DNA from: a virus | Lineage: Duplodnaviria > Caudoviricetes | Reading direction: 5' to 3' (one strand) | IMG/VR virus record: IMGVR_UViG_3300048848_000077 | Span: 1 to 54,845 of that record | DNA: 54,845 nucleotides | In this document: in pieces, positions 25,437 through 35,021 of the stretch | Layout of the letters: the number at the start of each line of letters is the position of its first letter | How positions within the stretch are numbered: the first letter of the stretch is position 1 | Made by a program: the position numbers and the translations under genes | Notes under the pieces: model-generated | What the model saw: only the letters and a program-made list of their open reading frames with translations | What the model was told of the DNA's origin: nothing | The model's database searches: none

Positions 25437-27125
25437 ATGAACGTACCCGTCTGGGACACTTCGTGCCCGGACTGGGAAACGAAGATCGTAAATCGACAAT
25501 CGCTCGTCCCATTTCCCCCGCTATTCCCGGACGAGGCGCGGGCGTGCATGGAGGTGCTGAACAACCTCCGCATCGTCGATGCACCAGGTAGCCCACTGAT
25601 AGGCGAGTCGTGTGCACCGTGGATTGATGATCTCGCCAGCGCCATTTTCGGTGCCTACAACTCCAATACTGGCGAGCGCCTGATCCAGGAGTTTTTTCTC
25701 CTGATCAGCAAGAAGAACGCGAAAAGCACGATCGCCGCGGCGATCATGCTGACGGTGCTGATCCGTAACTGGCGGCAGTCAGCGGAGTTCATCATCTTGG
25801 CCCCCACCATTGAGGTAGCGAACAACGCTTATGCCCCGGCCCGGGACATGGTGAAGCACGACGAAGAGTTGTCGGCGCTTTTGCACGTGCAGGACCATCT
25901 CCGGACGATTACACATCGCGAGTCTGGGGCGACCCTGAAAGTGGTGGCCGCTGACCAGAACACCGTTGGTGGCAAGAAGGCTGCGGTGGTGTTGGTCGAC
26001 GAGCTTCACCTGTTCGGTAAGAACCCGCATGCAGCGAACATGCTGCGCGAGGCCACCGGCGGGCTGGCTGCGCGGCCGGAAGGTTTCGTCATCTATCTGA
26101 CTACCCAATCCGATCAGCCTCCTGCAGGTGTGTTTCGCGAGAAGCTGCAATATGCCCGCGGCGTGCGTGACGGGACGATCAAAGATCCCAACTTCCTGCC
26201 GGTGATCTACGAGTTTCCGCAGCACATCCTCAAGGCCAACGAACATCGCAACCCTGAGAACTTCTACATCACCAACCCAAACATGGGTTACTCGGTCAGT
26301 GAGAAATTCCTGATTCGGGAGATGAAGAAAGCAGAGGAGGCGGGCGAAGCCGAGGTGCTCGGCTTCATGTCGAAACATCTCAACGTCGAAATCGGCTTGG
26401 CACTTCGCTCGGATCGCTGGGCGGGCGCTGACTTCTGGGCCGCTTCGGCGGTGCCGGTGCTGACTTTGGACATGCTGATTTCGATGTCGGAAGTGATCGA
26501 TGTCGGCATTGATGGCGGGGGGCTGGATGACTTGTTGGGGTTCGCAGCTGTAGGCCGCGACAAGCGAACCCGGGACTGGCTGATCTGGACTCATGCATGG
26601 GCCCACCCCTCGGTTCTGGAACGTCGCAAAGCAGAAGCCCCACGCTTCCACGACTTTGAGAAACAGGGCGATCTCACGTTATCCGTCCGCATTGGCGATG
26701 ACGTCAATGATGTTGCAGACCTTGTTGAGCAGATCGAAGCATCTGGTCTGCTCGACAAGGTGGGTTGTGACCCTGTCGGCATTGGTGCCATTTACGACGC
26801 CATGATCGAGCGGGAAATTCCACCGGAAAAGATCGCGGCGATCAGCCAAGGCTGGAAGTTGGGCGGTGCAATCAAAACTGCTGAACGCAAGCTGGCCGAA
26901 GGTGGGATGAAGCATGGCGGCCAGCCGATGATGGCCTGGTGCGTGAGCAACGCCAAGGTCGAGCCGCGCGCCAACTCCATTCTGATCACCAAGCAAGCCA
27001 GCGGGTCGGCCAAGATCGACCCGTTGATGGCTCTATTCAACGCCGTGACCTTGATTTCCTTGAACCCCGAAGGCCGGGGGAATGACGACTTCATGGCCGC
27101 CATTCGAGATCCGATAATCGTATGA
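25437..27125 (+). CDS. Terminase large subunit
   Basis: ISKKNAKST Walker A variant, VLVDELH Walker B, GIDGGGLDD and KIDPLMA nuclease motifs. Confidence 0.95.
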   Translation: MNVPVWDTSCPDWETKIVNRQSLVPFPPLFPDEARACMEVLNNLRIVDAPGSPLIGESCAPWIDDLASAIFGAYNSNTGERLIQEFFLLISKKNAKSTIAAAIMLTVLIRNWRQSAEFIILAPTIEVANNAYAPARDMVKHDEELSALLHVQDHLRTITHRESGATLKVVAADQNTVGGKKAAVVLVDELHLFGKNPHAANMLREATGGLAARPEGFVIYLTTQSDQPPAGVFREKLQYARGVRDGTIKDPNFLPVIYEFPQHILKANEHRNPENFYITNPNMGYSVSEKFLIREMKKAEEAGEAEVLGFMSKHLNVEIGLALRSDRWAGADFWAASAVPVLTLDMLISMSEVIDVGIDGGGLDDLLGFAAVGRDKRTRDWLIWTHAWAHPSVLERRKAEAPRFHDFEKQGDLTLSVRIGDDVNDVADLVEQIEASGLLDKVGCDPVGIGAIYDAMIEREIPPEKIAAISQGWKLGGAIKTAERKLAEGGMKHGGQPMMAWCVSNAKVEPRANSILITKQASGSAKIDPLMALFNAVTLISLNPEGRGNDDFMAAIRDPIIV

Positions 27126-27283
27126 ATCCACTGAACGTATACATCCTGCTCGCCCTGTGCGGATTTGCCTCGGCAGTTGCTGGGATATACGTCCTGCAAG
27201 GGCTGGGCTGGGCGCTAATCGCCGGCGGAATTTCGCTGCTTTCAATTGCTGGTTTTGTGCGCAAGGGGCTGATCGGTGAGTAA
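27122..27283 (+). CDS. Small 2-TM protein between terL and portal (53 aa)
   Basis: ATGA overlap; MNPLNVYILLALCGFASAVAGIYVLQGLGWALIAGG... Confidence 0.6.
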   Translation: MNPLNVYILLALCGFASAVAGIYVLQGLGWALIAGGISLLSIAGFVRKGLIGE

Positions 27284-28577
27284 ATCCTTATCGGCGGTCC
27301 TCGGCCGCGCCGCGCGCAAGCCGAGCGCATCGCTTAGCGAATGGCTGGGCAAGCCCATAGGCCTGAGCGACGGCGGCTTCTGGAGCCAGTTCCGAGGCGG
27401 CCAGTCCAGCTCAGGCAAAACAGTGACCGTCGACAATGCCATGCAGCTCTCTGCCGTGTGGTCCTGCGTCCGGATTATCTCGACATCGGTGGCGGGTCTT
27501 CCGATGGGCGTCTATCGCCGGGAGTCGGACGGCGGCCGGAAAGATGCTCGGGACTTCGCCCTTTATGACGTGATCCACACGAGCCCGAACGAGGACATGA
27601 CTGCTTTCCAGTTTTGGCAGGCAATGGTTGCGTCGATGCTGCTGAGGGGAAATGCATTCGCGGAGATTCATCGTATTGGCTCGCGCATCGTTGCTCTGGA
27701 CTTTCTGTTGCCAGGTCGCGTGGACCTCGACCTGGATGACGAAGGCAGAGTTACCTACTGGTTTCGACCACGTAAGGGGGCGCGTCGACAGATCGAGCGA
27801 CAGGACATGTTGCATATCCCGGCGTTCAGCCTTGACGGTCGTGTTGGGCTGTCGGCCATTCGCTATGGTGCGGACGTGTTCGGCGCGGCTATGTCGGCCG
27901 ACGATGCAGCCAACGGCACGTTCAAGAATGGCTTGCTTCCGGCTGTGGCGTTTAAGGTGGATCGCGTGCTCAAGCCTGAGCAGCGCGAGGAGTTTAGAGA
28001 TTATGTGAAACAGGTTTCCGGCGCTTTGAATGCGGGCCGTTCGCCGGTACTGGAGCAGGGCATTACGCCAGAGTCTATCGGCATCAATCCGGTGGATGCA
28101 CAGCTGCTCGAGTCCAGGGGCTACAGCATCGAAGAGGTCTGCCGGTGGTTTGGCGTGCCGCCTTGGATGGTCGGCAAGACTGACGCAGGTAGCAATTGGG
28201 GGACCGGGCTTGAACAGCAGATGATTGCGTTCCTGACCTTCAGCATCAGTTCCATCACCAACCAGATTCAGCAGTGCGTGAACAAGCGGCTCCTGACCCC
28301 GGTTGACCGCCAATCCTACTACGCAGAGTTCTCGCTCGAGGCGTTCCTCAAGGCTGACAGTGCGGGCAGGGCGGAGTGGTACAGCAAGATGACGCAGAAC
28401 GGGATCATGACCCGCGACGAATGCCGGGTTAAGGAAAACCTGCCACGCCACGGCGGCAATGCTGCGGTGCTCACCGTTCAAACCAACCTTGCGCCTATCG
28501 ACAAGCTCGGACAGTCCACCGACGGGCAAGCCGCTCAGAACGCTTTGAAAAACTGGCTCGGCCAGGCTCAGGAGTAA
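27276..28577 (+). CDS. HK97-family portal protein
   Basis: AVWSCVRII, LLRGNAF, EEVCRWFGVPP, MTRDECR. Confidence 0.95.
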   Translation: MSKSLSAVLGRAARKPSASLSEWLGKPIGLSDGGFWSQFRGGQSSSGKTVTVDNAMQLSAVWSCVRIISTSVAGLPMGVYRRESDGGRKDARDFALYDVIHTSPNEDMTAFQFWQAMVASMLLRGNAFAEIHRIGSRIVALDFLLPGRVDLDLDDEGRVTYWFRPRKGARRQIERQDMLHIPAFSLDGRVGLSAIRYGADVFGAAMSADDAANGTFKNGLLPAVAFKVDRVLKPEQREEFRDYVKQVSGALNAGRSPVLEQGITPESIGINPVDAQLLESRGYSIEEVCRWFGVPPWMVGKTDAGSNWGTGLEQQMIAFLTFSISSITNQIQQCVNKRLLTPVDRQSYYAEFSLEAFLKADSAGRAEWYSKMTQNGIMTRDECRVKENLPRHGGNAAVLTVQTNLAPIDKLGQSTDGQAAQNALKNWLGQAQE

Positions 28578-28579
28578 CC

Positions 28580-29443
28580 ATGCCATTGAATGTAAATGCT
28601 CGCAGTTTCAACTGTGAGCTGAGCCCGCGTGCGCTCGACTTGTGGAACCCGGATCTGCGCGCAGCGTTGGAAGCCGGCACTGACACCATCACCATGTACG
28701 GCATCATCGGTGAAGACTGGTATGGGGAGGGGGTTACTCTAAAGCGGGTCGACGCGGCGCTGCGCGCAATCGGTGATAAGCCGGTCACGGTCTATATCAA
28801 CTCCCCTGGCGGTGACATGTTCGAGGGGATCGCGATCTACAATCGCCTGCTTGAGCATTCTCAAGAGGTGACCATCAAGGTCCTCGGCCTGGCTGCGTCG
28901 GCGGCGTCTGTCATCGCAATGGCTGGCGCCAAGCGTGAAGTCGCCAAGACAGCGTTCCTGATGATTCACAACTGCTGGACCTACTTCGCCGGAAACCGCC
29001 ACGCCATCCGTGAGCTCGCTGACACGATGGAAGAGTTCGACCGCGCGATGATCAACCTCTATGCCGACACCAGTGGTCAGGATGAAGCTGCGGTGGAGAA
29101 GATGCTGGACGCCGAGACCTACATGAACGGCTCGAACGCCGTTGAGAAGGGTTTCGCTACTGGCCTGATCTCGGCGGCCGAAGTGGAGCAAGCACCCAGC
29201 GAAGAAGGTAATCAAGCGCACTCGGCTCGCAAGCTCGATGCCGCGCTCGCCAAGTCAGGGATGCCGCGCAGCGAGCGCCGCAAGCTCATTTCAGAAATCA
29301 AGACCAGCACGTCTAGCGCTGCTGGCGGCGACACGCTTCGCGCTGTCGTGCCGGGCAAGCCTAGCGCTGCCCTTGATGCATCCGCGTTTGAAGAAACCGC
29401 AAATCAGGCGTCGGCACTTCGGGGGCTCATCCCCGCCTGCTGA
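28580..29443 (+). CDS. ClpP-like head maturation protease
   Basis: INSPGGD, LAASAASVI, LMIHN. Confidence 0.93.
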   Translation: MPLNVNARSFNCELSPRALDLWNPDLRAALEAGTDTITMYGIIGEDWYGEGVTLKRVDAALRAIGDKPVTVYINSPGGDMFEGIAIYNRLLEHSQEVTIKVLGLAASAASVIAMAGAKREVAKTAFLMIHNCWTYFAGNRHAIRELADTMEEFDRAMINLYADTSGQDEAAVEKMLDAETYMNGSNAVEKGFATGLISAAEVEQAPSEEGNQAHSARKLDAALAKSGMPRSERRKLISEIKTSTSSAAGGDTLRAVVPGKPSAALDASAFEETANQASALRGLIPAC

Positions 29444-29513
29444 TCGACTGGCGCTGCAACCCAATTGATAACCGCCCGAGAGGCGGTTTTTTCATTTCTG
29501 AAAGGACAAATTC

Positions 29514-30710
29514 ATGCCTCAAGATCTTTCTGCAATTGAAGCTTCCCAGAAGCAAACTCAAACCGACCTGAAAGCCGTTGGCGACCAGATCAAAACCTAT
29601 GCCGAGCGCACCGAGAAAGAAATCAAAGCCTCCGGGGAAATGCAGGCTGAGACTCGTGACAAGGTGGACGAGCTGCTGCTGAAACAGGGCGAGCTGCAAG
29701 CACGGATGCAGGACGCCGAGCAAAAGTTGGTCAATGCCAATAAGCGTAATGAGCCAGAGGTCCAGCAGTCCGCCGGCCAGCTCGTCGCTGCGAAAATGAC
29801 CGAAGAGGGCGTCAACAGCTCTTTCCGCGGCGCCCGCCGTGTAGAAGTGCCGCGAGCCGCAATCACCTCCGTGCCGACCTCAGGCGGCGCGCTGGTCCAG
29901 ACTGAACGTGTCGGCATCGTTCTCGCGCCGCAGCGCCGCTTGACCATTCGCGATCTGGTTGCGCCCGGCACTACCGACAGCAACGCCATCGAGTACGTGC
30001 GCGAAACTGGCTTCACCAACAACGCCGCAATCGTCGGCGAGGGCTTGGCCAAGCCGTACAGCGATCTGAAATTCGAGCTGCAAAACGCCAACGTGCGAAC
30101 CATCGCGCATCTGTTCAAAGGCAGCCGTCAGATCCTGGACGACGCCTCTGCATTGCAGAGCTACATCGATGCCCGGGCTCGCTATGGCCTGCTGATGGCC
30201 GAGGAAGCTCAACTGCTGTACGGCAACGGCACGGGCAACAACGTTAAGGGGATCATTCCCCAGGCTCAGATTTACGCAGCGCCTGCTGGCATCCAGGTGC
30301 AGGCGATTCAGCGTATCGACCGCATCCGTCTGGCGCTGCTGCAAGCGCAATTGGCCGAGTTCCCGTCCACCGGCATCGTGCTGAACCCGATCGACTGGGC
30401 GGCCATCGAGCTGCTCAAGGACGGGGAAGGTCGCTACATCATCGGCAAGCCGCAGGAAGGCACCGCGGCGCGCTTGTGGAACCTGCCCGTGGTTGAAACC
30501 CAAGCCATTGTCCAGGACCAGTTCCTGGTGGGCGCATTCAGCCTGGCTGCACAGATCTTTGATCGCATGGGCATCGAAGTCCTGGTCTCGACCGAGAACG
30601 CCGACGACTTCGAGAAAAACATGGTGACCATCCGCGCGGAAGAGCGCTTGGCCTTCTCTGTGTACCGCCCGGAAGCCTTCGTCACCGGTCCTCTGACCCC
30701 CGCCGCTTAA
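29514..30710 (+). CDS. HK97-fold major capsid protein
   Basis: Coiled-coil delta domain; VGEG.AKP; FEKNMVTIRAEERL. Confidence 0.95.
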   Translation: MPQDLSAIEASQKQTQTDLKAVGDQIKTYAERTEKEIKASGEMQAETRDKVDELLLKQGELQARMQDAEQKLVNANKRNEPEVQQSAGQLVAAKMTEEGVNSSFRGARRVEVPRAAITSVPTSGGALVQTERVGIVLAPQRRLTIRDLVAPGTTDSNAIEYVRETGFTNNAAIVGEGLAKPYSDLKFELQNANVRTIAHLFKGSRQILDDASALQSYIDARARYGLLMAEEAQLLYGNGTGNNVKGIIPQAQIYAAPAGIQVQAIQRIDRIRLALLQAQLAEFPSTGIVLNPIDWAAIELLKDGEGRYIIGKPQEGTAARLWNLPVVETQAIVQDQFLVGAFSLAAQIFDRMGIEVLVSTENADDFEKNMVTIRAEERLAFSVYRPEAFVTGPLTPAA

Positions 30711-30765
30711 CCCATCCCACAAAGCGCCGCCCCCGGGCGGCCGTTTTGACTCAGGAGAAACCGAC

Positions 30766-31251
30766 ATGGCACGTGCAAACACGAACGATGCAACCAAGGC
30801 GCCGGCCACGGCGGCGAATACGACTGCTGCTGAGCCTGGACAGCAGACTCCGGCACAAAGCACCACCGGTCCGGCCACGACGGCCGGTGCTGGAGGCGGA
30901 GCCGCGATATCAGATAGCGCTTCCGCGGCAGGCGCAGGGATCGTTCCGCTACTGCCCACTGATCCAGCCAACGGGATTGGCAACACCGTGCGGGCAGATC
31001 TGCCGTCCTCCGACGCCGCAACAGCGGCCAGCTCGACCGCTACCCTCGACGCTTCAGCAGCCACCGGTGACCAGTTGCAGTCGGATAGCGTTGCTGAGGA
31101 CAGCAACGAAATCATGATTTACCCGGTGCGCAGCTATCTGGACGGAAAAGAGATCCGCCGCGCAGGTGGTAAAGGCTACAAGTCGCCGAAGCACGACGCC
31201 GTGTCACTGATCGCGGCTGGCTTGGCCACCGACAAACAGCCGAAGTCCTGA
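30766..31251 (+). CDS. Ala/Thr-rich hypothetical protein with small C-terminal domain
   Basis: AGGAG RBS; position after the capsid gene. Confidence 0.65.
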   Translation: MARANTNDATKAPATAANTTAAEPGQQTPAQSTTGPATTAGAGGGAAISDSASAAGAGIVPLLPTDPANGIGNTVRADLPSSDAATAASSTATLDASAATGDQLQSDSVAEDSNEIMIYPVRSYLDGKEIRRAGGKGYKSPKHDAVSLIAAGLATDKQPKS

Positions 31252-31252
31252 A

Positions 31253-31594
31253 ATGAACGCCATCACTACTGCCGAGGCCATGCAGCACGTGCGGGCCGAG
31301 GAGGGTGACCGAGAGCATGTCGAGCTGTTGCTCGCGGCAGCTGAAGACACCGCGGCTCAGTTCATGAACCGACGCTTCTACGGCGACCCGGCCAGCCTGG
31401 CCGCTGCGGTGTTAGACGGAACAGCCGGGGCTGATCCCATCCTGCTAAATCCTTCTGTCCGTGCCGCCTGCCTACTCATCCTCGGCAGTTTGTACGCCAA
31501 CCGAGAGGATGTAGTGGTGGGTGGCACGTCCACTGCGCTGCCGATGGGATCGCGTGCGCTGCTGACGCCTTACCGCGTCGGCTGGGGGGTGTAA
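31253..31594 (+). CDS. Head-tail connector (gp6-like)
   Basis: AACLLILGSLYANRE, LLTPYR. Confidence 0.9.
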   Translation: MNAITTAEAMQHVRAEEGDREHVELLLAAAEDTAAQFMNRRFYGDPASLAAAVLDGTAGADPILLNPSVRAACLLILGSLYANREDVVVGGTSTALPMGSRALLTPYRVGWGV

Positions 31595-31915
31595 ATGCGT
31601 GCTGGTCCGCTGCGCCACCAATGTTCTGTCCAAAAACAAACGCGCATACCAGACGGGATGGGTGGCTACGAAGAAGGCTGGACTGAGATTCGCAGCATCT
31701 GGGCGGAGATCACCATACCAAGCGGACGCACGTCCGTAGTCGCGCAGCAGGTCGAGTCCTTGATCACTGCGGAGATCCGTGTGAGGCCTGCGGCGGATGT
31801 GTTGCCGGGCGTGCGCCTTGTTAATTCAGGTGTTACCTACCTGATTGAGGCTGCGCTACCCGACAACGATCGCTCGATGCTGCGTCTGCTGTGCTCAAAC
31901 GTCACAAATCCATGA
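31595..31915 (+). CDS. Head closure / head-tail adaptor
   Basis: MRAGPLRH...DGMGG...W. Confidence 0.88.
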   Translation: MRAGPLRHQCSVQKQTRIPDGMGGYEEGWTEIRSIWAEITIPSGRTSVVAQQVESLITAEIRVRPAADVLPGVRLVNSGVTYLIEAALPDNDRSMLRLLCSNVTNP

Positions 31916-31923
31916 GGCAAATC

Positions 31924-32115
31924 ATGAAAGTAAAAGCACTGGCAAGTTTGTCCACCGCCAATGGCTGGAAAGCTGCGGGCGAAGAGTTCACCGTGAATGC
32001 GGCAGATGCCGAGGAGCTGATAGGACGCGGTCTGGCTGAACGGTCCGTCGCCGAGCCCCCTGTGGAAGCCGAGCCCGCAGAGAAAGCCACCAAACCTACG
32101 AAACAGAAGGGCTGA
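31924..32115 (+). CDS. Small hypothetical virion-region protein
   Basis: MKVKAL...AEELIGRGLAE. Confidence 0.6.
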   Translation: MKVKALASLSTANGWKAAGEEFTVNAADAEELIGRGLAERSVAEPPVEAEPAEKATKPTKQKG

Positions 32116-32117
32116 TC

Positions 32118-32552
32118 ATGGCGCGCCGGTCAAGTATCCAAGGGGACTTCAAGCTGCGCGGCTTGTTGCGCCGGATCGGAAACGAGATGGAAAGTGACTT
32201 GCGGCCCGCCATGGTTGGTGCCGCAAACTTGGTGCTGGCTACGCAGCAGCACCTCATCCCCCGTGATCCTGGATCGTCCGATCACATCGAGGACGCACTC
32301 GAGGCGTTCGTATCAAAGAGCGGCCTCGACGCGCAGATCGGGGTTCGAGGCAAAAAGGACAATCGGCATTACTTCTACGGCAAATTCCTTGAGTACGGCA
32401 CGAAGCAATACGCACTAGGTGATCACACCGTAGCAGCACGGCCCGCGCATCCTTGGCTCAGGCCGTCGTTTGACATGAACCGAGACCAGATCGCGACCAT
32501 TATCAGCCGGGCGATTGAAGCGACACTGCGTCGGGCAGCGGAGGGCAAATGA
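32118..32552 (+). CDS. HK97 gp10-like tail component
   Basis: YGKFLEYGT...PAHPWLRPSF. Confidence 0.88.
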   Translation: MARRSSIQGDFKLRGLLRRIGNEMESDLRPAMVGAANLVLATQQHLIPRDPGSSDHIEDALEAFVSKSGLDAQIGVRGKKDNRHYFYGKFLEYGTKQYALGDHTVAARPAHPWLRPSFDMNRDQIATIISRAIEATLRRAAEGK

Positions 32553-32935
32553 GCGATCCAGGGCTGGCGCTACAGAAGGCGCTGTTTGAAAGGCTGACGG
32601 CTGCGCTCGCCACGCCAGTTTTCGATGCGGTGCCTGCCGGTTCGCCGTACCCGTATGTGACGCTCGACTACGAGGCTGTCGAAAACACGACACCGATTAG
32701 TGGCGAGAAGCGCGAAAACCGTCTGTTTTACCTGTCGGTCTGGTCGGACTATCAGGGCCAGGCCGAAGTGAAGCGAATCAACGGCGAAATTGCTGATGCG
32801 CTGGACGAGGTCGCGCTACCGCTGAGCACGGGCACGGCCGTCTCGGTCCGCGTGCTGCGCACGGAAACAAACCGCGAGCCAGACGGCAAGACTTACATGG
32901 GATCGGTGACCCTCCGGATCATCACCCAGCACTGA
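32549..32935 (+). CDS. Tail terminator (DUF3168)
   Basis: LQKALF..L...VFDAVP...YPYV. Confidence 0.85.
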   Translation: MSDPGLALQKALFERLTAALATPVFDAVPAGSPYPYVTLDYEAVENTTPISGEKRENRLFYLSVWSDYQGQAEVKRINGEIADALDEVALPLSTGTAVSVRVLRTETNREPDGKTYMGSVTLRIITQH

Positions 32936-33014
32936 CCCCGCCGAGCAACACCAACACCCGCCATCGAGCGGGTTTTTTATTGCTAAAAAACCACCCGCGC
33001 CCTGGAGGGCAACC

Positions 33015-33497
33015 ATGACTATCAAAACATCCGCCGGCGTCCGAGTTCTGATCGGCCCGGCTCATAACGTTACCTACGGCGAAACGGATGTAGCCCGTGC
33101 CGCTGCACTGACCGCCCTGAAAGGGTTGACCTATGTCGAAGTGGGGGAGGTAGAGGACGCTGGCGAAATTGGTGACGAGGCCAGCACCTCCGACTTCACC
33201 GCGCTGGCCAACCGTCGCAAACGCAAAGTGAAAGGCACGTTCGATGCCGGCACTCAGCAGTTGACGCTGGGTCAAGATCCGAAAGACGCGGGTCAGAAAG
33301 CACTGAGGGCCGCTCAGCGCAGCGATGACAATTACCCGATTCAGATCGACTACGGCGACGGTACTGCCGATTTCTATCTCGGCCAGGTGCTGAGTTTCCG
33401 CAAACAGATCGGCACCGCGGAATCGATCCGCAAGGCGACCGTATCTGTGGCGATTAACTCCGCAGTTTACGAGCAGGAAGCCCCGGTAACCCCGTAA
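33015..33497 (+). CDS. Major tail tube protein
   Basis: GEIGDE...RKRKVKGTFDAG...DAGQKAL. Confidence 0.85.
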   Translation: MTIKTSAGVRVLIGPAHNVTYGETDVARAAALTALKGLTYVEVGEVEDAGEIGDEASTSDFTALANRRKRKVKGTFDAGTQQLTLGQDPKDAGQKALRAAQRSDDNYPIQIDYGDGTADFYLGQVLSFRKQIGTAESIRKATVSVAINSAVYEQEAPVTP

Positions 33498-33581
33498 GGC
33501 TGCCGTCTCAACGCAATGCACAAGCACCGCGCTCGCGGTGCCTGTTTTGAATCTTCCCCCCTCTGCAAGGAACACTGATCC

Positions 33582-33944
33582 ATGTCCAAGACTGACCACG
33601 GTACCGTTGAACTCGAAATCGGCGCAGAGTTGTACACCCTTGCGTTCAACCTCAAGGCTGTGAAAAAGATCGAGCGCGCTCTGGGTGGCATCCTGCCCGC
33701 CATGCAGGAAGTGCAGCGGTTCAACTTGTCGGCAATCCTTCAGGTAGTTATTGCCGGCGCCGGCCTGGCCTTGAAGCCTTCGGCGCAGGAAGAACTCGAG
33801 GAAGCCATCTATCAGGCTGGCATCATCAGTGTCACGCCGACTTTGATCGAGTACCTGAGCGCATTGCTGAACCCTGCCGCGAAGACTGCCGACCAACTGG
33901 CCGAAGCCGAAGTGGCTGACGCCAGCGGCAAGGCAAAAAAGTAA
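33582..33944 (+). CDS. Tail assembly chaperone gpG
   Basis: Between tube and tape measure genes; ends in slippery A AAA AAG. Confidence 0.85.
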   Translation: MSKTDHGTVELEIGAELYTLAFNLKAVKKIERALGGILPAMQEVQRFNLSAILQVVIAGAGLALKPSAQEELEEAIYQAGIISVTPTLIEYLSALLNPAAKTADQLAEAEVADASGKAKK

Positions 33945-34216
33945 AGCGGGAGGGCAACGGGAGCTATGTCGATGAGCTTTTCGGCATTGCAACTGGCTGC
34001 CTGGGGTGGACGCCGGGCGTAGCTTGGTCGGCGGCTGTCCCAGAAATTCTGCTGGCGTGGGACTGCAAGGTCGAGTTCCTGCGCAACACCAATCCCTTGG
34101 GTGGGGCAGGAAAGGCAGGCGGGCCGCCAGCGCCCCCGCCGGATGAAACACCGGAACAAAAGCGGCAGCGGATCAAGGCTCAGGTCCGTGGTGCGAGGGG
34201 GGGATTCGGACGTTAA
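33935..34216 (+). CDS. gpGT extension via -1 programmed frameshift
   Basis: AAAAAAG at 33935-33941; -1 frame open (VDELFGIATGCLGWTPGVAWS...) to TAA at 34214-34216. Confidence 0.8.
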   Translation, partial: KKVKREGNGSYVDELFGIATGCLGWTPGVAWSAAVPEILLAWDCKVEFLRNTNPLGGAGKAGGPPAPPPDETPEQKRQRIKAQVRGARGGFGR

Positions 34217-34292
34217 CCGCGGCATGCGACGGATGATGGCGCTTCTGTTGAATAGTGATAAATTTGCCGCCATCAAAAAAGGAGCGTTCGTC

Positions 34293-34937
34293 ATGTCAAA
34301 AAGTAAAGGATTGCAGGTCTGGTTGATGTGTTTCGTCATAGCTGCCGTCGCCGGCTGTACGCATGACATCCGCCCGGTTGTTAAAGACCAAGGCTTGTAC
34401 ATCACGAAAATCAGGGACGAAAACGTCCAGATCGTCGCGAGTCAGCAATTTCAGCAACTGACCTTGCAAGGCGTCCCGTTGAAGTCGAGCAACTGGAAGT
34501 GGCAGAAATTCAACGTTGCGATCGGCAAAACACTTACAGAGGGCGTGTATTCCTATGTGCGATCGACCTTCGATCACACCACAATAGGCGATACGAAAGA
34601 CGCCGATATCGCAGGGTTCACGGTAGTTCTCTCGAATGCCAGTGTTGAGTTGTGGATCGATGATGACTCGTCGTTTGCATCGCAAATGGTGCTCGCTCCA
34701 ACGTATTACATGAACACAGTCGACGCCCAAGCCAAGGTGACTTTGACGGGAAATCTTTTATTACCCAGCGGTGAGAGCCGTCCCATCCAAATTACAGGCA
34801 AGGGACTCAAGAACCTGAAGCCAGCTAGCATGGACGCAGAGGTCATTGAAGAAGTAACGGGGCTGGCCGCTGCTAATGCAGCCAAGCAAGTCGTCGACCT
34901 TATACGCGGCGCGAGAGGATCAAAGCCTGCTAAATAG
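34293..34937 (+). CDS. Lipoprotein moron (214 aa)
   Basis: AAGGAG RBS; VIAAVAG-C lipobox; own terminator at ~34980-35005; AT-richer. Confidence 0.8.
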   Translation: MSKSKGLQVWLMCFVIAAVAGCTHDIRPVVKDQGLYITKIRDENVQIVASQQFQQLTLQGVPLKSSNWKWQKFNVAIGKTLTEGVYSYVRSTFDHTTIGDTKDADIAGFTVVLSNASVELWIDDDSSFASQMVLAPTYYMNTVDAQAKVTLTGNLLLPSGESRPIQITGKGLKNLKPASMDAEVIEEVTGLAAANAAKQVVDLIRGARGSKPAK

Positions 34938-35021
34938 ATAGATTGGTTCCGTCCCGTCACCGGGACATTAATTACATCGAACCGGCTTCCCAGCCGGTTT
35001 TTTTTCGCCCGGAGAAAGTGC

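Noticed and set aside
34101-34292. N-terminal extension of the lipoprotein in the ORF track
   Set aside because: Overlaps the gpGT frame; RBS and signal peptide indicate a start at 34293
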